In this document: piece by piece, positions 55,773 to 64,000 of the stretch
How positions within the stretch are numbered: the stretch's first letter is position 1
Layout: each line of letters begins with the position of its first letter
Source of the DNA: Phycisphaerae bacterium RAS1
GTDB taxonomy: Bacteria; Planctomycetota; Phycisphaerae; UBA1845; Fen-1342
NCBI GenBank assembly: GCA_007859745.1
Contig: SMLU01000002.1
Span: 52,942 to 116,941 of the forward strand
Length of the DNA stretch: 64,000 bases
Reading direction: 5' to 3'
Translations under genes and position numbers: made by a program
The notes under the pieces: model-generated
The model's input: only the letters and a program-made list of their open reading frames with translations
Told to the model about the DNA's origin: nothing
The model's database searches: none

Positions 55773-57124
55773 CTACGCCGGGGCGGGTCGCCGGGGCGGG
55801 CCGGTGCGTAGGCGGGCGAGGATGCGGGCGAATAGTTCGTGCAGGGGATAGGCGCTCGACAGGTGCAGCACGACTCGCCGAACGCTGGTGACGATCCGCG
55901 CGGCGACCTTGAAGAGCCTGAGCCGGATGGTGTCGGTCTGGGCCTGCGCCAGTTCGGTGTCGAGCAGCGCGGTGCGGCGCAGGTGCTCGACCAGCACGTA
56001 GGCGGCGCTCGACAGCAGCAGCCGGAATTGATTGGCGATGAACGCGTGGCAGCTGGTTCGGTCGGCGAACAGCATGAGCTGCTGCTCCTTGATGCGATTC
56101 TCCATCTCGCCGCGCTGCGTGTAGAGGTCGTCGTAGATCTGCTGCGGACGGCGATCGATGAGGTTGGTGACCACGAAGCGGACGTTCGGGCCTTGCGGCA
56201 GATGTTCGGCCTTCACGATCACGCGCCGCGCGCGATCCCAGGTCTGCGCGGCGTACTCGAATTCGTGGAAGTTTCGCACCTTCTGATTCGCGGCCTCGAA
56301 TTGTGCCTGGGCCGCCGCCATCCACGGTGCGACCTGTTTTTCGAGCGTTTTGTTGCGCGCCAGGCCCAGCACGTACTGCACGTCGTGCCGGTCGCCCCGC
56401 GCATCAGCCGCCAGCGGCAGAAGCCCGAATCGCCGCGCACGATGATCCGCACCGCCGGCCAGACCTGCCGCAGCCGCGTCACCAGCAGCTTGAGAATCGC
56501 GGCGCTGTGCAGAGCCGCATCGATGTTGCTGGGCCGCAGATAGCTGACCAGCAGCCGATCGCCGCAGAACACGTACAGCGGCAAAAAGCAGTAGCAGTCG
56601 TAAAAGCCGTGAAAGAAGCGGCCGTCCTGTTTGCCATGCAGCGGGTCGTGCGTGGCGTCGAAGTCCAGCACCAGTTCCGCCGGGGGCGCGTCATACGACG
56701 CGATGAACTGCCCGACCAGCGCCGCCGCCAGACGCCCCAGCGCTTTGCGATCGACGCGATTCTCCAGCCGGCACAGCGTCGGCGCGCTGGCCAGCGGCGC
56801 CGCGGCGTCAGGCGTCTGCTCGGCCAGAACCGCAAACAGCGGATCGCTGCGCAGCGTGGCGTGATCGTTCAGATCTTCGTAGCCCAGCGCGATGCCGAAA
56901 ATCCGCTGCGCCAACATCGTCCGCTGCGCATGCACAATCTTCGCCGGATCACGCGGATCAGTCAGACACCCGGCCAGCGCCTCGACCAGGCCCACACGCC
57001 GATCCACTTCCCGCAGCAGCAACCCGCCCGCATCCGTCGTGAGCCGCCCACCCGCAAAATCGCCCACAATCTTCTGCCGCCCCAGACTGGAAAACAGCAA
57101 CCCCTGGCCGTTACACTCTGTCAC
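55773..57124 (-). pseudogene. IS4-family DDE transposase, frameshifted (ORFs 56219-57124 and 55773-56381 overlap in different frames)
   Basis: The N-terminal part reads ...YLRPSNIDAALHS... The C-terminal part YTQRGEMENRIKEQQ matches the IS4 Y(2)R(3)E(6)K signature. The two frames overlap around 56219-56381. Confidence 0.7.
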
Positions 57125-57233
57125 ACGTGGCCTCCTTGCCTGAACACTGGCGAACCTCTAGCAAGTCCCCAGTTTACAAGGCTTCGAGGCCATGTCTATT
57201 TCAACGCAGCAACGAACTGATGAAATATCCGGG

Positions 57234-58379
57234 CTAGTCAAGTTGCTTGCGGAATCGGACCACGCTCAGCGCGAGAATTGCGACGCAGCAGGCGCTCATT
57301 CCCAGCACGTGCGGCATCAGGTCGCGCAGCGTGGCGGCCCGCAGGATGACGCCGCGCAGAATCTCCAGGAAATAGCTCACCGGAATGAGGTAGGAGAGGA
57401 TGTAGATCGGCGTCGGCATGGTCTCGCGCGGAAACACGAAGCCCGACAGCAGGATGGATGGCAGAAGCAGGATGAACGACACCTGCACGGCTTCCAGTTG
57501 CGAGCGCGCCACGGTCGACACCAGCAGCCCCATTCCCAGGGCCGTCACCAGAAACAGCACCGACAGCAGAATCAGCAGCACGAGGTCGCCGTGAATCGGA
57601 ACGCTGAACGCGAATACCATCACCAGCAACACGACCAGCGTCTCGATGAATCCGAGCAGCGCGTACGGGATGAGCTTGCCGAGCAGGAGCGCCCCGCGCC
57701 CGACCGGCGTAACGAATAGTTGTTCCAGGGTGCCCAGCTCGCGCTCGCGCACGATGGCGAAGGACGTAAGAAAGAGCGTCACGTTCTGCAGGATGATCCC
57801 CACCAGCGCCGGAACGAAGAAGTGCGCGCTGTCCAGCTCCGGGTTGTACAGCAGACGCGCCCGCACCTCGATCGGCAGCGCCAGGCGACCCTGCGGATCG
57901 CGGGCGGCGGCTTTCTGAATCGACTCAGCGTAGAGCTTTGCCCGCCGCAACGACTGGTTCAGACCCAGCAGGTTGACTGCGTTCAGCGCGCTGGTCGCCA
58001 CGTTCGAGTTGCTGCCGTCGATCAGCACCTGCACGGTCGCCTGCTGGCCGCGCAGCAGCCGATCCGAGAAATCCGGCGGAATCCGGACGCCCACCTTGGC
58101 GCGGCCGGAGGCGATGGCAGCATCAAAGGCGGCCGCGTCGGCGACGCGCTCCACGATGTGCAGCGTGTTGGTGTTCTCGAGCGCGTCAAGAAAGGCGCGG
58201 CTCTCCTGCCGGCCATCCAGATCGTGCACGACGGTCGCGATGTCTTCGATGCTCATGTTGATGCCGTAGCCGAAAATGGTCAGTTGCAGCACGGGGACCA
58301 CCAGAGCGAAGAGGAGCGTCATCGGCTCGCGGCGGATGTGTGCGAACTCCTTGATCAGGATGGCGAGCAGCCCGTTCAT
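57234..58379 (-). CDS. ABC-2 type transporter permease
   Basis: About 380 aa. N-terminal periplasmic loop followed by 5-6 C-terminal TM helices (ABC2_membrane_3-like). Confidence 0.8.
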   Translation of the reverse strand: MNGLLAILIKEFAHIRREPMTLLFALVVPVLQLTIFGYGINMSIEDIATVVHDLDGRQESRAFLDALENTNTLHIVERVADAAAFDAAIASGRAKVGVRIPPDFSDRLLRGQQATVQVLIDGSNSNVATSALNAVNLLGLNQSLRRAKLYAESIQKAAARDPQGRLALPIEVRARLLYNPELDSAHFFVPALVGIILQNVTLFLTSFAIVRERELGTLEQLFVTPVGRGALLLGKLIPYALLGFIETLVVLLVMVFAFSVPIHGDLVLLILLSVLFLVTALGMGLLVSTVARSQLEAVQVSFILLLPSILLSGFVFPRETMPTPIYILSYLIPVSYFLEILRGVILRAATLRDLMPHVLGMSACCVAILALSVVRFRKQLD

Positions 58380-59365
58380 GCGCCGCTCCGCGCCGCCTGG
58401 CTGCGGCTTAGGGTGACGAACACGTCTTCGAGGCTCGGCGAAATGGGGCGAACCGCGGCCCCAAGCGACGGATCCAGCCGCTTCAGCAGCGCGTCATCCG
58501 TGAGGGCGGCGTCGATCAGCAGGTGCAGCGCGTCGCCAAAGAGCGTCGCGTCGTGCACGCCGGGAGCCTGCTTCAGAGGACGCAGGGCGGTTGCGGCGGC
58601 GCTGCAGGTCAGCTCAACGCGGCGCGTGCGGGGCGGCGTGACATCGGGCAGGTTCTTCAGCTCATCCGGGCGGCCGCAGACGATCAGCCGGGCCAGGTAG
58701 ATGTAGCCCACGTGCGTGCAGCGTTCGGCTTCGTCCATGTAATGCGTGGTGACAAAGAGCGTGACGCCGCTGCCGGCCAGCTCGAAGAGCAGGTCCCACA
58801 AATCGCGGCGGGCGACGGGGTCGATGCCGGCGGTGGGTTCGTCCAGGAAGAGCACTTCGGGCTCGTGGATCAGGGCGCAGGCGAGCGCCAGGCGCTGCTT
58901 CCAGCCGCCTGAGAGCGTCCGGGCGAGTTGGCCGATGCGGTCGTGCATCGCGACGAGATCGAGCAGCGCGGACTTTCGCGCTTTCAGCCTGTCGCGCCGC
59001 AGACCGTAAATCCGGCCGTAGAAATCCAGGTTTTCCTCGACCGTCAGATCGGCATAGAGGCTGAATTTCTGCGACATGTAGCCGATGCGGCGCTTGATGG
59101 CCTCCGCCGCGCGGGCGACGTCGTGGCCCAGCACGCTTCCGCGGCCGGCCGTGGGGCGCAGGACGCCGCAGAGCATGCGGATGATGGTCGACTTTCCGCT
59201 TCCATTGGGACCGAGGAAGCCAAAGATCGCCCCGCGCGGAACCGTGAAGCTGACGCGGTCCACCGCGACAAGGCGCCCGAAGCTGCGCGAGAGCCCGTCG
59301 GCGACGATCACGCCGCGCGCAGCGGTGTTTCGACCGGACGTGGTGTTGGCTTCGACTCGGTCCAT
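58376..59365 (-). CDS. ABC transporter ATP-binding protein
   Basis: Walker A GPNGSGKST, signature LSGGWKQR, Walker B LFLDEPT. Four-nt overlap with the permease. Confidence 0.9.
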   Translation of the reverse strand: MDRVEANTTSGRNTAARGVIVADGLSRSFGRLVAVDRVSFTVPRGAIFGFLGPNGSGKSTIIRMLCGVLRPTAGRGSVLGHDVARAAEAIKRRIGYMSQKFSLYADLTVEENLDFYGRIYGLRRDRLKARKSALLDLVAMHDRIGQLARTLSGGWKQRLALACALIHEPEVLFLDEPTAGIDPVARRDLWDLLFELAGSGVTLFVTTHYMDEAERCTHVGYIYLARLIVCGRPDELKNLPDVTPPRTRRVELTCSAAATALRPLKQAPGVHDATLFGDALHLLIDAALTDDALLKRLDPSLGAAVRPISPSLEDVFVTLSRSQAARSGA

Positions 59366-59381
59366 TTGCTATGCATTATCC

Positions 59382-59457
59382 GATCCGAGCCGCGACCGTA
59401 AGGGAGTGGTATTTCGACGGTCGATTGGCCACCGCTCCCTTACGGTTGCGGCTCAGA
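59382..59457. repeat. Family-D palindromic repeat
   Basis: ATCCGAGCCGCGACCGTAAGGGAGTGG...CCACCGCTCCCTTACGGTTGCGGCTCAGA. Confidence 0.8.
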
Positions 59458-59464
59458 AATTAAA

Positions 59465-60601
59465 TCAGTCGAACAGCACATCCGCCGCCATGCCGGCGCG
59501 CAGCACGTCGCGCCCCTCGTCGAGCATGACCTTGATGCGGAACACCTGCTTGCTGCGCTCTTCGGGTGTCTGCACGTTTGCGGGCGTGAATTCGGCCTGT
59601 CGCGCGATAAAGGCGACGTGCCCGGCGAAGCGCCGGCCGGGGAACGAATCGACGCGGAGTGAGACTTTTTGTCCGATGGAGACGTTCAGCCGGTTTTCGG
59701 GCAGATAGGCGCGCACCCACAACTTGGAAGTATCGAGCAGCGACAGCACCGGCGCGTTCTGCGGGATCAGGTCGCCGGGCTGCAGGTCGATGGCCTCGAC
59801 GACGCACTCGATCGGGGCCAGGATCGGCAGTTCATCAATCTGCCGCTGGATCACGGAGACGGCTGCCTCGGCCGCCGCGGCCTGCGCCCGTGCTTCGTCG
59901 ATCTCCTCGGAGCGGTAGCCGCGCTGCCGCAGGGCGCGTTCGGCTTCGGCCTGCGCCAGCGCGGCGGCGGCCTCCTCGATTTCCTCGCGGCGCGGCCCCT
60001 CCTTCGCGAGGGCCAGGCTGTTGCGCGCTTCGGCGGCGCGGGCCTGGGCCACCGCCAGCGTCTTGGTGGCGTCGCGCATTTCCACTTCGGTGGCGCTGCC
60101 GCTGGCCATCATCGACTTGTAGCGCTCGTAGTCGTTCTCCGCCTTGACGAGCTCCGCCTGCGCCACGTCCAGCTTGTCCTGGTAGATCTGTATTTCGAGC
60201 GGCCGCAGCCCGGTCTTCAGGCGTTCGTACACCGCGGCCGCGCGGTCGCGAGCGGCTGTCGCCGCCGCGATCTCTTCCGGGCGGAATCCGGCTTCGAGCC
60301 GCGCCAGGCCGGCCCGCTGGGCCGCGAGCGCCGCCTTCGCCTGCGCCAGGCGCTCACTCAGGTCGAATGGCTCCAGCACGACCAGCGTCTGGCCGGCTTT
60401 CACCGGCTGGCCTTCCTGAACGCCGATCTCGCGCACGCGCCCGCCGACGCGCGAGCCGACGCGGATTTCCTCGGCTTCGACGAAGCCCGACACGAAGAAG
60501 GGCTCTGACTGTTGTTGCCGCCAGAACAAGACTCCCACGGCGGCAGCGATGAGAAGCACGATGACGGCGAATCGCCACATGACAGGGTCCGATAGCGACA
60601 T
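59465..60601 (-). CDS. HlyD-family membrane fusion protein, partner of the ABC-2 transporter
   Basis: N-terminal TM, long coiled coil, C-terminal beta-barrel. Alternative start at 60580. Confidence 0.8.
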   Translation of the reverse strand: MSLSDPVMWRFAVIVLLIAAAVGVLFWRQQQSEPFFVSGFVEAEEIRVGSRVGGRVREIGVQEGQPVKAGQTLVVLEPFDLSERLAQAKAALAAQRAGLARLEAGFRPEEIAAATAARDRAAAVYERLKTGLRPLEIQIYQDKLDVAQAELVKAENDYERYKSMMASGSATEVEMRDATKTLAVAQARAAEARNSLALAKEGPRREEIEEAAAALAQAEAERALRQRGYRSEEIDEARAQAAAAEAAVSVIQRQIDELPILAPIECVVEAIDLQPGDLIPQNAPVLSLLDTSKLWVRAYLPENRLNVSIGQKVSLRVDSFPGRRFAGHVAFIARQAEFTPANVQTPEERSKQVFRIKVMLDEGRDVLRAGMAADVLFD

Positions 60602-60701
60602 TCGGAAGGCCGGCAGCCGGGCCGCGCATTAGCCTAGCGGCAGCATTCGCGGAACGCACGCCGCGGCGCAACGCGGGCGCGGCGGCTAGAATCCCGGACC
60701 T

Positions 60702-61988
60702 ATGCGCGTCGCGCTTCTGATCGCCGGGGCCGCCAACATGTACTGCGGGAGCTGCCTGCGCGACAACCGGCTGGCGGCGACGCTGCGGCGGGCCGGTCGC
60801 GACGTCGTCGCGCTGCCGCTGTACACGCCGATCCGCACGGACGAGACGGCGGTGACCGAATCGCGCGTCTACTTCGGCGGCGTGGGTGTTTATGTGCGGC
60901 AGCGCTGGCCGCTGCTGGCGAAGCTGCCGGGCGTCGCGGCGCTGCTCAACTGGGGACCCGCCCTGAAAATGGCGTCGCGGCTTGCGGGTGCGACGCGCGC
61001 GGAGCAGCTCGGACCGCTGACGCTGTCGGTGCTTCGCGGCGAGCAGGGGGAGCAGCGGGCCGCGCTGCGCGAGCTCGTCGAGGGGTTGCGCCGATTGCGG
61101 CCGGCGGTGGTCAATCTCCCGAATCTGCTCTTCATCGGCGTGGCCGCGGAGCTGCGGCGAGCGCTCGGTGTGAAAGTCGTATGCTCGCTCAGCGGCGAAG
61201 ACCTGTTCGTCGACGCGCTGCCCGAGCCGTGGCGCCCGCGGGCGATGGCCGAAATCAGCCGGCGCTCGGCGGATGTGGACGCTTACGTCGCGATGACGCA
61301 GTACTACGCCGGGCACGCCGCCGCGCAGTTCGGGCTGCCGCGCGAGCGCATTCACCACGTACCGTTGGGCGTTGCGGTTGAGGATTTCGCGCCCGCGGCG
61401 ACGCGCGACGCGAGTCGTCCATTCACGCTCGGATACCTGGCCCGAATCTGCCCGGAGAAGGGCGTGGGAGCGCTGATCGACGCGTTTCTGCGGCTGCGGC
61501 GCGAGGGACGCCGCGCGCGGCTGCGAATCGCCGGATATCTGGGGGCGTCGGATCGCGCGTATTTTGATCAGCAGCTCGCGAAGGCCGCCGCGGCGGGAGC
61601 GCGCGACGAGATTGACGTGGTGGGGGAGGTGACGCGCGAGCAAAAGGCTGCGTTTCTGCGGTCACTGGATCTGTTCAGCGTCCCGAGCGTCTACCACGAA
61701 TCGAAGGGGCTGTATGTAATCGAGGCGATGGCCGCGGGCGTTCCGGTCGTGCAGCCGCGGCACGGGTCGTTTCCCGAGTTGGTCGAATCCTGCGTCGGTG
61801 GAGTGCTCTACGAGCCGAATGATCCGGTGGCGCTGCCGAGTGCGATTGCCACGCTGATGGATGATGCGCCGCGCCGCGCTCAGCTCGGCGCCGCCGGCGC
61901 CGCGGCCGTGCGGGCGCAGTATTCGGATGAGATCATGGCGCGGCGGATGTGGCAGATGTATGAAACGCTGCCGGCGCCGAAGGCGTAG
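60702..61988 (+). CDS. Family-4 glycosyltransferase (GT-B)
   Basis: C-terminal ...PSVYHESKGLYVIEAMAAGVPVV... carries the E-x7-E GT4 motif. Confidence 0.8.
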   Translation: MRVALLIAGAANMYCGSCLRDNRLAATLRRAGRDVVALPLYTPIRTDETAVTESRVYFGGVGVYVRQRWPLLAKLPGVAALLNWGPALKMASRLAGATRAEQLGPLTLSVLRGEQGEQRAALRELVEGLRRLRPAVVNLPNLLFIGVAAELRRALGVKVVCSLSGEDLFVDALPEPWRPRAMAEISRRSADVDAYVAMTQYYAGHAAAQFGLPRERIHHVPLGVAVEDFAPAATRDASRPFTLGYLARICPEKGVGALIDAFLRLRREGRRARLRIAGYLGASDRAYFDQQLAKAAAAGARDEIDVVGEVTREQKAAFLRSLDLFSVPSVYHESKGLYVIEAMAAGVPVVQPRHGSFPELVESCVGGVLYEPNDPVALPSAIATLMDDAPRRAQLGAAGAAAVRAQYSDEIMARRMWQMYETLPAPKA

Positions 61989-61998
61989 ACCGACGTGC

Positions 61999-62424
61999 TC
62001 ACTGTTTCGTCAGTGTCGCCGCCTGGTTGGTGAGCGTGACGACCACGTCGCCGGCGCTGACCACGCCCGTCACGCGGCCGCTGATCACGCTGCGATCGTC
62101 GTTGAACGTGCCGGAAAAAACCAGGGCGTTTCCGCCGAAGATCAGCGACACGACCACGTTGTCCCCGTCAATCTCCACCGCGGCCTGCGGCGAATCGTCG
62201 GGGATGCTGGCCACGTCCCCGACCGTGTAGGCCACGTTTGTCACGGCGCCGTTCGAATCAAACGTGAGAGTGGTCGCCAGATTCAGAGCGTCGGCGGCCT
62301 CCAGTTTCCAGGCGCCATCGAGCGGCGACGGGGGGTTGATAATCGGATTGAGAATCGAAGAGCAGCCGGCCAGTCCGGTCAAGAGACCGACGACCGCCAG
62401 CGCGAAGGTTGAGCGAGAACGCAT
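61999..62424 (-). CDS. Lipoprotein, hypothetical (about 141 aa)
   Basis: MRSRSTFALAVVGLLTGLAGCSS lipobox. The upstream in-frame extension is repeat-A derived. Confidence 0.6.
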   Translation of the reverse strand: MRSRSTFALAVVGLLTGLAGCSSILNPIINPPSPLDGAWKLEAADALNLATTLTFDSNGAVTNVAYTVGDVASIPDDSPQAAVEIDGDNVVVSLIFGGNALVFSGTFNDDRSVISGRVTGVVSAGDVVVTLTNQAATLTKQ

Positions 62425-62565
62425 GTGTACCTCCAAGTCGGCGCCGCCATACGCAGCGAACCACCGCCGAATGCTCGCGGACCGCAGGTCATTCGTCAAC
62501 GCGGTGGCGCCTTCGGGTTGTGGGTGAGCGTTGCCACGGTTCTTAGCAGATGTCGCGGGGCGGGC

Positions 62566-62672
62566 CGTTTTTCCGAACCCGCCGCGCCAAGCGGCGGGTT
62601 GACGTCCTCGACCTATGCGGCGCGGCTCGCCTACGATCGTCAACCCGCCGCTTGGCGCGGCGGGTTCAGACA
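62566..62672. repeat. Family-A palindromic repeat
   Basis: Full two-arm copy. Confidence 0.85.
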
Positions 62673-62765
62673 GACAGGCCCCGCGGACAGACAGGCCCCG
62701 CGGACAGACAGGTCCGCGGACAGACAAGCCGGCGGCACCACAAGCCCGCGGCCAGCGAAGCCGGC
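62672..62765. repeat. Imperfect tandem repeat, about 17 bp x 4-5 (GGACAGACAGGCCCCGC)
   Basis: cagacagacaggccccgcggacagacaggccccgcggacagacaggtccgcggacagacaagccggcg. Confidence 0.7.
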
Positions 62766-62842
62766 GGACAGCGATGCTCGCCGAGTCTGCTGCGCTCCGG
62801 CGATCTCTTGCCTGTACCTCCTGAGCGACTACCATCGCCGCG

Positions 62843-64000
62843 ATGCTCGCTATTTTTCGCGCCACGCACTTGGTGCTGATGGTCGGACTGCTGTCGCCCT
62901 ACGCGGCGCCCCAGGCGGCTCGGCTCGGCTTGTTCACGCACCAGCGGGATGAGCTGGCTGATCCGCAGGGCGTCGCCTTCAAGGCGGATGGGTCCATTCT
63001 CGTCTGCGACGCGACGGCTCGGGTCATCCGGCGGCTCTCACCTCAACTTGTCCCGATTGCGGAGACACCGTTGGCGGCCCGGCCTGGTACGCCCATGCGG
63101 CCGGTCGGAGTGGCGGTTGATCGCGACGGGCGCGTCTACGTTTCCGACGCCGCGGCCGACTGTGTTCGCGTTCTCGATGTTGACGGCGCGCCGCTTAAGA
63201 TCATCGGACGGCGCGGACGCGGCGACGACGAGCTGTGCGACCCGGCGGGGATCGCCGTGCACGGAGATCACATTTTCGTCGCCGATAGCGGCAACCACCG
63301 CATCATGCGTTTCTTGCGAGAGGGGACGGCGGCGGCGCCGATCGGTCGCTACGGGCAGGCCGCGGGCGAGTTGAATCGGCCGCTGGGCGTCGCGCTGGAC
63401 GGCCAGGGGAATATCTACGTCGCCGACACGGACAACCATCGCATTCAGAAATTCGATGCAGCCGGCGGCTTTCTCAAGATGTGGGGAGATTTCGGCTATT
63501 TTCCAGGCCTGCTGAGCGAGCCGAGCGGCATCGCGTTTCACGCCGGCCAGGTCTACGTTGCTGACAAGTTGAATCACCGCATTCAGGTGTTCAGCAGCGA
63601 CGGCGACTTGGTTTATGAGTGGGGCCTGCACGTGTTTGAGCCGCACGAGGGCCGCGGCAAGTTCCACTATCCCAGTGCGCTGGCGATCGCCGAGGATGGC
63701 GGGCTGGCCGCGGTGGCGGAGTCGTTCGAAGACCGCGTGCAGCTTTTTGGGCTGTCGAGCGGGCCGACCAGCGACATCCCGCCCCTGCCGCCGATGGAGC
63801 CCGGTCTGAGCTCGCACTTCGGCCCGCCGGTCTCGGTCGGCGGCAAGCTGCTGGTATTGAGCGAGCCGGAGTCGCGCAAGGTGCTCATCTACGATTACAC
63901 GCAGCCGACGCCGATCCAGATTCACAATTTCGGGGCGTTCGGCTGCCGGCTGGGGCAGTTCTCGCGGATTTCCGCGGTTGCGCTCGACCCCGGGCGGGAC
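62843..64000 (+). CDS. NHL-repeat (six-bladed beta-propeller) protein, 5' part; continues beyond the window
   Basis: Repeated NHRI(M/Q)(R/K)F..G and GxLxxPxGVAxD NHL units. In-frame stop at 62822 and first ATG at 62843. No stop before the window end, which is why the ORF track missed it. Confidence 0.7.
   Translation, partial: MLAIFRATHLVLMVGLLSPYAAPQAARLGLFTHQRDELADPQGVAFKADGSILVCDATARVIRRLSPQLVPIAETPLAARPGTPMRPVGVAVDRDGRVYVSDAAADCVRVLDVDGAPLKIIGRRGRGDDELCDPAGIAVHGDHIFVADSGNHRIMRFLREGTAAAPIGRYGQAAGELNRPLGVALDGQGNIYVADTDNHRIQKFDAAGGFLKMWGDFGYFPGLLSEPSGIAFHAGQVYVADKLNHRIQVFSSDGDLVYEWGLHVFEPHEGRGKFHYPSALAIAEDGGLAAVAESFEDRVQLFGLSSGPTSDIPPLPPMEPGLSSHFGPPVSVGGKLLVLSEPESRKVLIYDYTQPTPIQIHNFGAFGCRLGQFSRISAVALDPGRD

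Noticed and set aside
1-64000. CRISPR array
   Set aside because: The dispersed repeats are each self-palindromic two-arm units scattered singly, not regularly spaced direct repeats with unique spacers. No cas genes are present.

Overview
The window is a high-GC (roughly 65-70%) bacterial chromosomal segment. Its gene content (a giant Ser/Thr kinase fused to WD40 and TPR repeats, a PEP-CTERM protein, several ECF sigma/anti-sigma pairs, an NHL propeller, many lipoproteins) points to a Planctomycetota-like or similar organism; this is inference from content only. I can support about 48 protein-coding genes. They mix housekeeping genes (metG, mnmE, rnr, ftsK, smpB, ispB, mlaE, sppA) with envelope, regulatory and transport genes. 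There are three IS insertions. An IS110-family element sits nested beside an IS200/IS605 tnpA, and the pair is bracketed by two copies of a ~250-bp composite palindromic repeat. An IS5/IS1182-like element has inserted into a cluster of another repeat. An IS4-family transposase is frameshifted. No rRNA, tRNA or CRISPR array was recognised. The main feature the ORF track does not explain is a dense set of at least six unrelated families of GC-rich palindromic dispersed repeats (REP/MITE-like, 35+ copies). Each unit is an inverted repeat whose arms are themselves hairpins. Most copies are intergenic, but one family-B copy lies in frame inside the S9 peptidase gene and a degenerate family-A copy lies in frame inside mnmE. 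Another copy supplies the last codons of larA, and a composite copy covers the presumed start of a large secreted protein. A ~250-bp AT-rich island between mnmE and rnr carries a sigma70-like promoter and an intrinsic terminator, together delimiting a candidate ~110-nt small RNA. A long coiled-coil gene on the minus strand (1-1130) runs off the window edge and is absent from the ORF track. I have no search or computation tools here, so every family assignment rests on motifs read from the translations.
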